64,000 bases of DNA from an uncultured Pseudomonadota bacterium (GTDB lineage Bacteria; Vulcanimicrobiota; Vulcanimicrobiia; Eremiobacterales; Eremiobacteraceae), in contig CAVTNB010000001.1 of the NCBI GenBank assembly GCA_963736005.1, positions 608,001-672,000 of the forward strand, given 5' to 3'. Below the pieces are notes generated by a model. That model was not told the DNA's origin, made no database searches, and saw nothing but the letters and a program-made list of their open reading frames with translations. Shown here in pieces: positions 19,488 through 29,173 of this stretch (the first letter of the stretch is position 1; each line of letters starts with the position of its first letter). A program made the translations under genes and the position numbers.

Positions 19488-20272
19488 GCTTTGCGTGCGG
19501 CAATCGCCGCCATGAGGGGACCGCCAGCGCCGTTACGCCGATATGAATGGAAGATCGCAGCGTTGCAGCGCGTGCACGCCGTGGCCGTAAAAATTTCTTC
19601 GTCGCGCACGCCGGCTACGATCAGCTGCTCGCAGATCACGGCCGCGAGGTCCAAAGCGAAGCTATCGCTTCGTTGACGCTGCGTAACGAGACGGCTCGCC
19701 GGCAAGAGCGCGCTCGGCCACCTCGAAAACTGCTCGGCGACCTCCGGTCCAACTTCAAAGCAACATGATTGCAGATGTGGACCGATGGCGACCACTAATT
19801 CGGCCGGGTCGCTCCCGTTGCGGCGCAATGCCTCAACCCCGCTTTGAATGATGCCGGCAGCGGCTCCCCGCCATCCGACGTGGAGCAATGCAAATCTTTG
19901 GCTCGCCGTGTCGACCAGCCACACCGGCGCGCAGTCTGCGGCCTTGATGCCCAAGACCTGATCCGGCGCGTCAGACCACATCCCATCTGCTTGCGCATCT
20001 GCGGCGAGCGGCGGAACTCTCAAGACGGCAGTGCCGTGCACCTGATGAACGCGCGCGTAAGGCCCGTCAGAAAGGACGTTCCATCGATGCAGCCAGTTGC
20101 TAACCTCCGATTCGCTCCTCGCGTTGACGGATTTTGGACTCATCATCCCCAAGACGCCAGCGCTTTGGACGTGCGGCGCCAGAACGGCGCATTCGCCGTC
20201 CTGGCGCTCGACCAAAATGAATCCGCCACCGAGCTCTGTCGCCCCGGCCATGTTGCGGGGCTGCGCGCTCAT
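19484..20272 (-). CDS. pgeF: Peptidoglycan-editing factor / purine nucleoside phosphorylase, YfiH family
   Basis: QVHG, ADCAP, HVGWRG, CFEVG, SYRR. Confidence 0.9.
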   Translation of the reverse strand: MSAQPRNMAGATELGGGFILVERQDGECAVLAPHVQSAGVLGMMSPKSVNARSESEVSNWLHRWNVLSDGPYARVHQVHGTAVLRVPPLAADAQADGMWSDAPDQVLGIKAADCAPVWLVDTASQRFALLHVGWRGAAAGIIQSGVEALRRNGSDPAELVVAIGPHLQSCCFEVGPEVAEQFSRWPSALLPASRLVTQRQRSDSFALDLAAVICEQLIVAGVRDEEIFTATACTRCNAAIFHSYRRNGAGGPLMAAIAARKA

Positions 20273-20772
20273 CGCATCTCCTCAAGGCCGCCGATCGCAG
20301 CACCCTCTTGCGCGCGGCGGCGCAGTGCGCGGGCCACGACGGGTGGCGTATATCCCAAGTTGACGAGCCGGCGAGCCAGCCGATCGAATCGCTCGCCGGG
20401 CCGACTGGCCTCGAGCTTGCGGATAGCACGTTCGAGGCGCTCTTCTTCACCGGCATCTGTTTCTTCCACGACTTCGCGGGCTAAATCTCCGTCGATACCT
20501 TGCTTGATGAGATCGCGCAAGAGGCGCATCCGGCCAACCGGCTTCTTCTCAATTGCGCTCGTGACATAGAGCTGCGCGAAGGTGCGGTCGTCGAGGTATT
20601 TCCTTCGTTCGCACTCATCGACGGCTTCGCGAACTACGTCAGTCGCGAAACCTCGATCGCGAAGTTTCTTCCCCAGCTGCATTTTCGAGAGCCGCTTAGC
20701 CGCGAGCAGGCGCAGCGCCGTTAGGAAAACGGGCTTAGCTAGGCCGTACGGGCTGCCCTCGAACGCGGGCAC
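20269..20772 (-). CDS. recX: Regulatory protein RecX
   Basis: ALRLLA, YLDDRTFA, directly downstream of recA. Confidence 0.9.
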   Translation of the reverse strand: MPAFEGSPYGLAKPVFLTALRLLAAKRLSKMQLGKKLRDRGFATDVVREAVDECERRKYLDDRTFAQLYVTSAIEKKPVGRMRLLRDLIKQGIDGDLAREVVEETDAGEEERLERAIRKLEASRPGERFDRLARRLVNLGYTPPVVARALRRRAQEGAAIGGLEEMR

Positions 20773-20781
20773 TGCGGACTC

Positions 20782-21825
20782 CTAATCTGAGACGACTGCG
20801 TAACGGGGCGAGCCATTTTCAGCCGGGCCACCTTGACGGACAAAACTTGCTCGCAATTTCTCTTCGATGGCATCGGCGATTTCTGGATGTTCTTCCAAGT
20901 ACGTCTTCGCGTTCTCGCGACCCTGGCCAATGCGCGTATCCCCATACGTGTACCAAGAACCGCTCTTCCCCACGATCTCGTGCTTGAGACCGAGATCGAT
21001 AAGGTCGCCGCTGCGGCTGATGCCCTTGCCGTACATAATGTCAAACTCGGCAACCTGGAAGGGAGGTGCCACTTTGTTCTTGACGACCTTGACCCGCGTG
21101 CGCGAGCCGATAGGGTCTGTGCCGCCTTTGATCTGCTCGAGCTTGCGGATGTCGAGCCGCACGGATGCGTAGAACTTCAGAGCCCTACCCCCGCTCGTGG
21201 TTTCGGGATTGCCGAACATGACGCCAATCTTCTCGCGGATTTGGTTGATGAAGATCATGGTCGTCCGCGACTTGCTGATGGCCGCAGTCAGCTTGCGGAG
21301 CGCCTGCGACATCAGCCGCGCCTGGAGACCGACGTGCGCATCACCCATATCGCCTTCGATTTCGGCTTTAGGAACGAGCGCCGCCACCGAGTCGACCACG
21401 ACGATGTCGACGGCATTCGAACGGACCAGCATCTCTGCAATATCCAGGGCCTGTTCGCCCGTGTCGGGCTGTGAGATGAGCAAATTGTCGAGATCCACCC
21501 CGAGGTTGCGCGCATATGCAGGGTCGAGTGCATGCTCGACGTCGATGAATGCCGCAACGCCGCCTGCCTTTTGCGCCTCGGCGATGACATGCAGGGTCAG
21601 CGTGGTCTTACCGGATGATTCTGGGCCGTAAATTTCGACAACTCGGCCGCGAGGCAGTCCACCGACGCCGAGAGCAACATCCAGCGAGATGGAGCCTGTG
21701 GAAATAACTTCAATCTGGAGATTTGCGGCGGCCTCGCCGAGCTTCATGATGGAGCCTTTGCCGAATTGGCGCTCGATTTGTGCCAAGGCGGCCTCTAACG
21801 CTTTGTCCTTCTCTTTATCCGACAA
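20782..21825 (-). CDS. recA: Recombinase A
   Basis: [23 protein letters not shown] start after GAGGAG RBS. Confidence 0.98.
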   Translation of the reverse strand: MSDKEKDKALEAALAQIERQFGKGSIMKLGEAAANLQIEVISTGSISLDVALGVGGLPRGRVVEIYGPESSGKTTLTLHVIAEAQKAGGVAAFIDVEHALDPAYARNLGVDLDNLLISQPDTGEQALDIAEMLVRSNAVDIVVVDSVAALVPKAEIEGDMGDAHVGLQARLMSQALRKLTAAISKSRTTMIFINQIREKIGVMFGNPETTSGGRALKFYASVRLDIRKLEQIKGGTDPIGSRTRVKVVKNKVAPPFQVAEFDIMYGKGISRSGDLIDLGLKHEIVGKSGSWYTYGDTRIGQGRENAKTYLEEHPEIADAIEEKLRASFVRQGGPAENGSPRYAVVSD

Positions 21826-21869
21826 CGCTGATCTCCTCAATTAAGCGTGGGCGACTTGTCCCTTAAGTT

Positions 21870-21896
21870 GGGGCGATTTGCCAATCGCCGCCTACA
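21870..21896. repeat. GTAG-type REP-like palindrome, family B
   Basis: GGCGATTTGCCAATCGCC-GCCTACA. Confidence 0.7.
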
Positions 21897-21902
21897 AGGT
21901 CA

Positions 21903-22811
21903 TTAAAAGAGGGCCTCGACATACCCTCGCGGATCGAACGGCCGTAGTTGATCGACCTTCTCCCCAAACCCAACGTATTTCACCGGTAGATCTACTTGGT
22001 CCATAATCGCGATGATTATCCCGCCTTTTGCCGTCCCGTCTAGTTTCGTGAGCACGATGCCGGTGAGTTCAATCGCCTCGTGAAAAAGTCGCGCCTGCGA
22101 CAGGGCATTCTGGCCCGTCGAGGCGTCGAGCACAAGAAGCGTCTCGTCTGGCGCGCCCTGCACCTCGCGCGCAATGATCCGGCGAATCTTCTTCAGCTCT
22201 TCCATAAGGTTGTGGTTGGTTTGGAGCCGGCCCGCCGTGTCGATGAAGACGACATCTGTGCCTCGGGACTTTGCAGCGGCCAGGCCATCGAAGACGACCG
22301 CCGCCGGGTCGGCTCCTTCCTTGTGGCGGATAATCTCTGCGCCGGCTCGTTGCGCCCAGATGGCCAGTTGGTCTGCGGCTGCGGCGCGAAACGTGTCTGC
22401 AGCAACGAGAAGCACGGAATGGCCGCGCTGCCGCTCTTGTGCAGCCAGTTTGCCTATGGTGGTCGTCTTGCCCGAACCATTGACCCCAACGACGAGCACG
22501 ACGTGCGGTTTGCGCTGACGCTGGACCGCTTCTATCTTCGGGTGCTTGAGATAGTCACCCACGTCGGCCTTGAAAACCCGGATGACATCGCCCGCGACTT
22601 TCAGGTTTTGCTGCTGGGCCGCGATTTTGAGCTGCCCGACGATCTTTTCCGTCGTCGAGATCCCAAAATCAGCCCCAATAAGCGTCTCTTCTAGCCCAAT
22701 CCAAAACTCATCGTCCACGAGCTGGCGCCCGAGCAGAGCATTCAGATGGCCGGCGAGGTTGTTTCGGGTTTTTGCCAAGCCGTCGCGAAAAGAGGCGAGC
22801 CACTGCTGCAT
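21903..22811 (-). CDS. ftsY: Signal recognition particle receptor
   Basis: GVNGSGKTTT, DTFRAAA, DTAGR, TKLDGTAKGG. Confidence 0.96.
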   Translation of the reverse strand: MQQWLASFRDGLAKTRNNLAGHLNALLGRQLVDDEFWIGLEETLIGADFGISTTEKIVGQLKIAAQQQNLKVAGDVIRVFKADVGDYLKHPKIEAVQRQRKPHVVLVVGVNGSGKTTTIGKLAAQERQRGHSVLLVAADTFRAAAADQLAIWAQRAGAEIIRHKEGADPAAVVFDGLAAAKSRGTDVVFIDTAGRLQTNHNLMEELKKIRRIIAREVQGAPDETLLVLDASTGQNALSQARLFHEAIELTGIVLTKLDGTAKGGIIIAIMDQVDLPVKYVGFGEKVDQLRPFDPRGYVEALF

Positions 22812-22881
22812 GGGCCCGCCAATTCGGGGAGGCTAGCCCTTCGCCCCCTCGGTTGGAATGCGAGAGATCGTGTGACGAAGT

Positions 22882-23757
22882 TTAGCCGGAAGCGGCGCGC
22901 GGTGTGTGGTGATGCGGGTGACTTGCAGGCGACGGATGAGGAGTTTGCGGTTTCTTGCGCACGTACTTTTGCTTGATCGTTGGGTCGCCTTCACGGTATC
23001 CCATGTCCATTTGCAGCACTCGGAGTTTCGAGCGGAGGCGGATGACAGCTTGCGCATGGATTTGGGAAACGCGTGATTCCGAAACTTCCAAAACGTTCTT
23101 GATTTCCTTGAGCGTCAGTCCCTCAAAATAATACAGCGAAATGACCGTGCGTTCTTGGGGAGGCAGGCTTTCGACTGCCTGTGCCAGCGTGCTCTTGACC
23201 TCGGTCGATTCCAAGACATGGGTGGCGTCCGGTCCGTGGTCGCGCAGCGTATCGAGCAGGGCAACGTCATGGCCCTTTTCATTCGGTAAGAATTCTTCGA
23301 GCGATAAAATGGCCGTTCCGCGGATTTTGAGCAAGAGCGTGTGATACTCTTTGAGACTTACCCCAAGCGCTCTTGAGACTTCTTCATCATCGGGCACGCG
23401 GGAGAGTTTATTCTCGAGGTCGACAAAAACGCGCTCGAGCTCCCGCGCTTTCTGCCTCACCGCTCGCGGTACCCAATCGAGCGCTCGCAATGCGTCGAGA
23501 ATAGATCCATTGATGCGAGTGATGGCATAGGTTTCAAACTTCACGCCGCGCGAATCGTCGTACTTGCCGATGGCGTCGATCAGGCCGAGAATGCCCTCGT
23601 TGATGAGATCGTCGATCTCAACATGAGGCGGGAGATTGACGGAGATTCGTCCGGCGACGTACTTGACCAGGTGCAAGTACTTATGGATGATCTCTTCGCG
23701 GCTGAGCGGCACGCCGCCAATCACGCACAGGTCTTGCGGCTTTGCGCGCATCGTCAT
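22882..23757 (-). CDS. fliA: FliA/WhiG family sigma factor (sigma28)
   Basis: LVKYVAGR, KFETYA..RI.G.ILD.LR..DW.PR, SESRVSQIH. Confidence 0.92.
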   Translation of the reverse strand: MTMRAKPQDLCVIGGVPLSREEIIHKYLHLVKYVAGRISVNLPPHVEIDDLINEGILGLIDAIGKYDDSRGVKFETYAITRINGSILDALRALDWVPRAVRQKARELERVFVDLENKLSRVPDDEEVSRALGVSLKEYHTLLLKIRGTAILSLEEFLPNEKGHDVALLDTLRDHGPDATHVLESTEVKSTLAQAVESLPPQERTVISLYYFEGLTLKEIKNVLEVSESRVSQIHAQAVIRLRSKLRVLQMDMGYREGDPTIKQKYVRKKPQTPHPSPASHPHHHTPRAASG

Positions 23758-24008
23758 CGATTGCCGCGCGCAGGCGTGACCGTCTTCGCCCGCGGACCTT
23801 TAAAAGACCGAGACTTCATGAGATCGGTGACGGCTTCGCGTCGAAATCGGTACTGACCGCCGGGCGTCTTGATGGCGTCGAGCAGACCTTCGCGCGCCCA
23901 GCGACGGATGGCGGCGTCGGTCATGTTGAGCGCACGGGCAACTTCTCCTGAAGTAACCCAGGATTTTTCGGATCGTTCCATCCTCGAGCTGCGCCGACGA
24001 GCGGCCAT
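23754..24008 (-). CDS. BldC-like MerR-type HTH DNA-binding protein
   Basis: TSGEVARAL...IRRWAREGLLDAIKTPGGQYRF; alternative start at MERSEK. Confidence 0.8.
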   Translation of the reverse strand: MAARRRSSRMERSEKSWVTSGEVARALNMTDAAIRRWAREGLLDAIKTPGGQYRFRREAVTDLMKSRSFKGPRAKTVTPARGNR

Positions 24009-24160
24009 ACTCTGCGCTCCTCTATGGGAACACTAAGAACCGCATGCATCATCATAGACGACAAAGCAACGACTCCTGACGCGCTCCCCGCGCCAGGCGC
24101 CGCTTTTTATCCATAATTACGGTTTTACCCTTTTTTCTGTTCTAGCCGATATTAGGCTTT

Positions 24161-24186
24161 TTATCGGCTGTCTGCGCCAACCTTAA
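24161..24186 (-). promoter_or_regulatory. Candidate sigma28 promoter for the BldC-like/fliA operon
   Basis: Minus strand TTAAG-N13-GCCGATAA; perfect -10, spacer one base shorter than consensus. Confidence 0.45.
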
Positions 24187-24805
24187 GGCCCGGGCTTTGG
24201 GCTGTTGCCCCGCTTGCAGCCTCGGTCCAAAAGATGCAACGAACCTCGCCAAATGTGACCTGGTCGCCGTCTCGCAGAAGGGTTTGGGCGTGGGGTTGAA
24301 GCCGCTGTATGCCGTTCAGATACGTCCCGTTGACGCTTTCCAGGTCCTCCACCACGAAGCCACCGCGCTTGCGCAAGACAAAGGCGTGGCGGCGGGAAAC
24401 GAGCCTATTTGGGTCCACGTCCGTGAAATCGACGTCGGGCGCGACGCCATCTGCCGGGGAGCACCGCCCGATGAGGGCAGCATCCTTGTCAATCCAAAAC
24501 TCGGCGATGCCGCCGTTGCCCACTTCAACGATCAACTGTGCTCGGGCGGCCGCTGGGACGAGCCGCCGGGTAACGTCTGCATCGACGTCCGCCAGGGTTT
24601 CCGGCAGCTCTTCGCCGCAAACTTTACAGAATGTATTGCCCGCCTCGTTGCGGGCAAAGCAGCGCTCGCAGACCCGCGACCCTCGCAATTCGCGGCTCAG
24701 CGCTGACCGGCGCGAACTGGCTTCTTGCGCTTCCTGGCTCTTGCTCTGCAAAGTCTTGCTCACCATGCGACAGTCCCGATGTGGAGTTTGCTCATATACT
24801 AGCAT
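24161..24805 (-). CDS. Zinc-ribbon plus FHA domain protein
   Basis: CxxC...CxxC, then GR...VSRRHA...DLESVNGTYLN. Confidence 0.88.
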   Translation of the reverse strand: MLVYEQTPHRDCRMVSKTLQSKSQEAQEASSRRSALSRELRGSRVCERCFARNEAGNTFCKVCGEELPETLADVDADVTRRLVPAAARAQLIVEVGNGGIAEFWIDKDAALIGRCSPADGVAPDVDFTDVDPNRLVSRRHAFVLRKRGGFVVEDLESVNGTYLNGIQRLQPHAQTLLRDGDQVTFGEVRCIFWTEAASGATAQSPGLKVGADSR

Positions 24806-24872
24806 GCAGTCGCATATGCGGCGGTGACGGGTGGCACTAAGGATTGACGTCTAATCTGCTGACGCGAATGGA

Positions 24873-24896
24873 GCGATTTTCCAATCGCCCCCCACA
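24873..24896. repeat. REP-like palindrome, family B
   Basis: GCGATTTTCCAATCGC-CCCCCACA. Confidence 0.65.
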
Positions 24897-24902
24897 GTCG
24901 CC

Positions 24903-25715
24903 TTACCGCCTGGGGCACCCACCCGGCATACCCCCGCCACCTGGAAATCCGCCTCTGCCCAGAACGATGCCCCCGGGGACAATTGAACCCGGACCGTTTT
25001 CACTCCAAACCGGCCCGCGCGGAATCTGTCTTCCTGGGGAACCCGATTCGGTCGAGGCAGTAGCGTCTGAGGAAGCCTGTGCATCGGATCCAGAGGAAAC
25101 CGCTTGAGCTTCACTGCTTGCTGCGGAGGATACGAGCGCCGGAGCACGCGACTCGCTGACTTCTTCGTGGAAACGTGGCGTCGCTGCGGTGTGCATCTTT
25201 TCCGCGAGTACTTTCGCGCGAGCCGTTTGCGGCGCGCCATGCAGTTTTGGCAGGGGTGAGGCAATCATCGCGCGAGTGAACGTGCGTGTCTTTTTCTGGG
25301 CAACAACGGCGAGCGTGCGTTCAAGCTTTGCCGCCGCGGCGGGCCCCAAATTGTCGTGGCGCGAGATGACCCGTTTCGCTGCAGCCGGGTGACTTTGAGG
25401 CGCGAGAGAGACAAGCGGCGGAATGTCCGCGTTCATACGCGCGCGCATGACGACCCCAAATGCGTAGGCTGCTCCGACTGCCAGCAGGAGTCCAACGATC
25501 GCGAGCGTTCGCCAGAGGTCATTGCTCGCCGCCGGTTCTTCCACCTGAGCAGTTCCGGCTATGGGGGATTGCGCCAGCTCAGCGTCCGCCCGGTCCAGCG
25601 TGGGGTACAACTGTGGATGATCGGCGATGAGCCGGTCACTCAGTTCCGGGTCGGCAAGCGCGCGGAGGCGTGGATCGACAGAATTCGGCGGGGTCGAGGG
25701 CTTTGCAAGCATCAC
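24903..25715 (-). CDS. Hypothetical single-TM protein with low-complexity tail
   Basis: One TM; Ala/Ser- and Gly/Pro-rich C-terminus. Confidence 0.6.
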   Translation of the reverse strand: MMLAKPSTPPNSVDPRLRALADPELSDRLIADHPQLYPTLDRADAELAQSPIAGTAQVEEPAASNDLWRTLAIVGLLLAVGAAYAFGVVMRARMNADIPPLVSLAPQSHPAAAKRVISRHDNLGPAAAAKLERTLAVVAQKKTRTFTRAMIASPLPKLHGAPQTARAKVLAEKMHTAATPRFHEEVSESRAPALVSSAASSEAQAVSSGSDAQASSDATASTESGSPGRQIPRGPVWSENGPGSIVPGGIVLGRGGFPGGGGMPGGCPRR

Positions 25716-25729
25716 ACTACCTCTACCAA

Positions 25730-25755
25730 AGCGGCCCTAAAGGTCCGCTGCTACA
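25730..25755. repeat. GTAG-type REP-like palindrome, family C
   Basis: AGCGGCCCTAAAGGTCCGCT-GCTACA. Confidence 0.65.
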
Positions 25756-25828
25756 CCTTTGCCGGCATTGTAACGCCACGACCTTAGGATTTGCTTAGAT
25801 GGGCCTGGGAATGAAAAACTTTTCTCCT

Positions 25829-26848
25829 TTACGCGTAACGAATCTTGGGATCGAGTACGGCATACAGGATATCGACAAGAAGGTTCACGAGCACGAAGGT
25901 TGCCGCAAACAAGAGAATCGTGCCGTTGATCAGAGGATAATCCCGATTGCTAATCGCTTCGAAAGCGAGGCGCCCAACCCCGGGCCACGCAAAGATACTT
26001 TCAGTAAGGACTGCACCTCCGAGCAAAAAGCCCGTTTGCAAGCCAACCACTGTGACGATCGGGATCAGCGCGTTCCTCAGTCCGTGCTTGAACACGACTG
26101 CGAGGTTGCTCAGTCCTTTTGCGCGCGCAGTGCGAATGTAATCAGTTTGCAAAACCTCGAGCATGCCGGCGCGAGTCATCTTTGCGATAATGGACATGGG
26201 GATCGTGCCCAAGGTTACCGCCGGCAGGACAAGATGCCAAAGAGCATCGACGAATGCGTTCCAATTCAGGGCGAGCAGCGAATCGACGACCAACAAGTTT
26301 GTATGCACTGGAATATCGTAGCGCATGGACAGGCGACCGGCGAGCGGAAACAAGTTTATCCCGACCTTGCTTGGTTCGTACGCTAACAACCAAAGCAACA
26401 TCCATCCGAGCCAAAAAACCGGGACCGATACCCCAAGCAGGGCGGCGACGGTCGTCGCCGTGTCGAGGATGCGCCGGTGAGTCAACGCGGCCAGGATGCC
26501 GGCGGGAACGCCCACCAGGACCGCAACCACCATCGCGGCGATGCCGAGTTCGACCGTCGCGGGAAAGTAGGTGGCGAGCTTTTCGGCAACCGGCAAATTA
26601 TCGGTGAGCGAGCGCCCGAGATTCCCGTGCGCCGCTTGCCACAGGTACGCGCCGTACTGGACGTACCAAGGTTGGTCGAGTTTGAGTTGGTGCGTCAATT
26701 CGACGACGTCGGCGTGGGTCGCGTGTTCGCCAAGCAAAATCTCCACCGGATTGCCTGGGATGAGGTGGAGAAATAAAAAAGACACCGCAGTAATGGTCGC
26801 CAAAACTGCGATGAAGCGAAAAAATCTCTGGGCAAGGAAACCGGCCAC
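25829..26848 (-). CDS. dppB: Dipeptide/oligopeptide ABC transporter permease (DppB/OppB)
   Basis: DYIRTARAKGL EAA loop, PATVEL, RDYP. Confidence 0.9.
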   Translation of the reverse strand: MAGFLAQRFFRFIAVLATITAVSFLFLHLIPGNPVEILLGEHATHADVVELTHQLKLDQPWYVQYGAYLWQAAHGNLGRSLTDNLPVAEKLATYFPATVELGIAAMVVAVLVGVPAGILAALTHRRILDTATTVAALLGVSVPVFWLGWMLLWLLAYEPSKVGINLFPLAGRLSMRYDIPVHTNLLVVDSLLALNWNAFVDALWHLVLPAVTLGTIPMSIIAKMTRAGMLEVLQTDYIRTARAKGLSNLAVVFKHGLRNALIPIVTVVGLQTGFLLGGAVLTESIFAWPGVGRLAFEAISNRDYPLINGTILLFAATFVLVNLLVDILYAVLDPKIRYA

Positions 26849-26894
26849 GGACGAACGGTTTTAGTGATGGTCCGGACGCAACCTTCACGTCCTA

Positions 26895-26919
26895 GCGAAT
26901 AAATTCGCGGGACTCCACA
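26895..26919. repeat. REP-like palindrome, family A
   Basis: GCGAATAAATTCGC-GGGACTCCACA. Confidence 0.65.
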
Positions 26920-27076
26920 AGCGGCTTTTGGCGGGGCGTGCGAAGGAGGCAGGAACCAAACCTCAAACACCGGTCTTGTCAATAGTTTGCGAGCTCCCGG
27001 CGCGTGCGGCTATGCATGGCTCGTGAGCACCCTATGCTGCGGGAGACGATGAGCCTCAATGCCTGCTTCGAGTGAC

Positions 27077-29173
27077 ATGGTCCTGACCACAGCCGTCCGG
27101 TTCGCCGTGGCAAGCGGCATTCTCGCGATCCTGTATGGACTGTACCTGATCGTTTGGGTCCTGCGAAAACCGACCGGCAACGACCGCATGCGGGAGATCG
27201 CGGCCGCCATTCAAGAAGGCGCGATGGCGTACTTACGCAGGCAGTACACAACGGTTGCCATCGTTGCGGTGGTCCTGATTGCCATCATTGGCTTCAAACT
27301 GTCATGGCAAGCGGCGGTGGGTTTTCTCATTGGCGCCGTGCTCTCCGGCGCAACAGGCTTCATCGGCATGGCGATTTCGGTGCGGGCAAACGTGCGCACC
27401 GCTGAAGCTGCCCGAGCGGGCATGGGACCGGCCTTTGCAGTCGCGTTTCGGGGCGGCACGATCACTGGCATGCTTGTGGTGGGTCTAGGGCTCATCGCCG
27501 TCGCTGGATATTTTGCGCTCATGCACCGCCTGTATCCGGGCGATCTGCGAGCTGCCCTAAACGCGATGATCGGCTTGGGCTTCGGTTGTTCGCTCATTTC
27601 TGTGTTCGCCAGACTTGGCGGCGGCATTTACACGAAGGGTGCTGATGTGGGTGCTGACCTCGTTGGCAAAGTCGAGGCAGGCATTCCTGAAGACGATCCG
27701 CGCAATCCAGCGGTCATTGCCGACAACGTTGGTGACAACGTGGGCGACTGCGCCGGCATGGCCGCGGACCTCTTCGAAACGTATTGCGTGACGACCATCG
27801 CCGCAATGCTTCTGGGAGCGCTGGTCTTCCGCGCCTCTCCCGACTTTGCGATCATCGCGGTTTCATTCCCACTCATCCTCGGTGCGATTTCGATCGTCAC
27901 GTCCATCATCGGCACGCTCTTTGTCCGCGTTCGTGGCGGTCGCATCATGATGGCCATGTATGCGGGTCTCGCCGTCGCTGCCGTGCTCTCGGCGATTGCG
28001 TTTTGGTATGTCACGCCGGCAATCATGAGTGGCGCTGCCGCGGCGGCAGGCGGAGCTTTGCTCTACGCGCCGTGGAGGCTCTGGGTCTGCGCGGTGATTG
28101 GGTTGATCATCACCGCGCTGATGGTCGTCATCACCGAGTACTTCACCGGCACGCAATTCAAGCCCGTGCAAGAGATTGCCAAGGCGTCGACGACTGGCCA
28201 TGCCACCAACATCATCGCCGGACTGGGAGTGTCCATGCGCTCGACGACCCTGCCAGTGCTTGTCATCGTCGTGGGTATTTTAGCTTCGTACTCCATGAGC
28301 GGGTTGTATGGCGTGGCCATTGCGGTCATGTCGATGCTCTCCATGGCGGGCGTCATCGTCGCGCTGGATTCGTACGGACCAATTACGGATAACGCCGGCG
28401 GCATCGCCGAGATGGCAAAGCTCGGACCGGAAGTTCGCGCCATCACCGATCCGCTTGACGCGGTGGGCAACACGACCAAGGCAGTGACCAAGGGATACGC
28501 GATTGGGTCCGCCGCGCTGGCAGCGATCGTTCTCTTCGCCTCCTTTCAGCAGGAGCTGGCAGAAAAAGCTGGACAGGCAGCGTCTGCGCTGGTCTTTGCG
28601 CTCGACCAACCCTACGTGCTGGCAGGCTTGCTCGTGGGCGGCGCGTTGCCATATCTGTTTGCCGCGCTCTCCATGGAGGCTGTCGGCATCGCCGGCGGCG
28701 CAGTGGTTGAGGAGGTGCGCCGCCAGTTCCGCGAGATCAAAGGCATCATGGAGGGCACTGCTAAGCCGGAGTACGGACGCTGCGTTGATATCGTCACCAG
28801 GGCCGCTCTTCGCCAGATGATCGTACCGGCGCTCATCCCGGTGCTCACGCCCGTGGTCATCGTGGCGCTCGGTGCGCTGCACATTTTCACGCCCGATAAC
28901 GCAGCGCTCATGCTCGGAGGCGTGCTGGTTGGTTCGATCGTCACTGGCGTGTTTGTCGCGATTTCCATGACATCGGGTGGCGGCGCTTGGGACAATGCGA
29001 AGAAGTTCATCGAGGATGGTCACTATGGCGGCAAGCGCAGCCCCGCGCACCAAGCTGCCGTTACGGGCGACACCGTCGGCGATCCCTACAAAGACACCGC
29101 CGGACCCGCCATCAACCCGATGATCAAGGTTCTCAATATCGTCTCGTTGTTGCTGGTACCGTTCTTGCGCTAA
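27077..29173 (+). CDS. hppA: Membrane-bound H+-translocating pyrophosphatase, K+-independent type
   Basis: [33 protein letters not shown]. Confidence 0.96.
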   Translation: MVLTTAVRFAVASGILAILYGLYLIVWVLRKPTGNDRMREIAAAIQEGAMAYLRRQYTTVAIVAVVLIAIIGFKLSWQAAVGFLIGAVLSGATGFIGMAISVRANVRTAEAARAGMGPAFAVAFRGGTITGMLVVGLGLIAVAGYFALMHRLYPGDLRAALNAMIGLGFGCSLISVFARLGGGIYTKGADVGADLVGKVEAGIPEDDPRNPAVIADNVGDNVGDCAGMAADLFETYCVTTIAAMLLGALVFRASPDFAIIAVSFPLILGAISIVTSIIGTLFVRVRGGRIMMAMYAGLAVAAVLSAIAFWYVTPAIMSGAAAAAGGALLYAPWRLWVCAVIGLIITALMVVITEYFTGTQFKPVQEIAKASTTGHATNIIAGLGVSMRSTTLPVLVIVVGILASYSMSGLYGVAIAVMSMLSMAGVIVALDSYGPITDNAGGIAEMAKLGPEVRAITDPLDAVGNTTKAVTKGYAIGSAALAAIVLFASFQQELAEKAGQAASALVFALDQPYVLAGLLVGGALPYLFAALSMEAVGIAGGAVVEEVRRQFREIKGIMEGTAKPEYGRCVDIVTRAALRQMIVPALIPVLTPVVIVALGALHIFTPDNAALMLGGVLVGSIVTGVFVAISMTSGGGAWDNAKKFIEDGHYGGKRSPAHQAAVTGDTVGDPYKDTAGPAINPMIKVLNIVSLLLVPFLR

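Noticed and set aside
21826..21902. LexA box upstream of recA
   Set aside because: No recognisable GAAC-N4-GTTC or CTGT-N8-ACAG; the palindrome there is a family B REP
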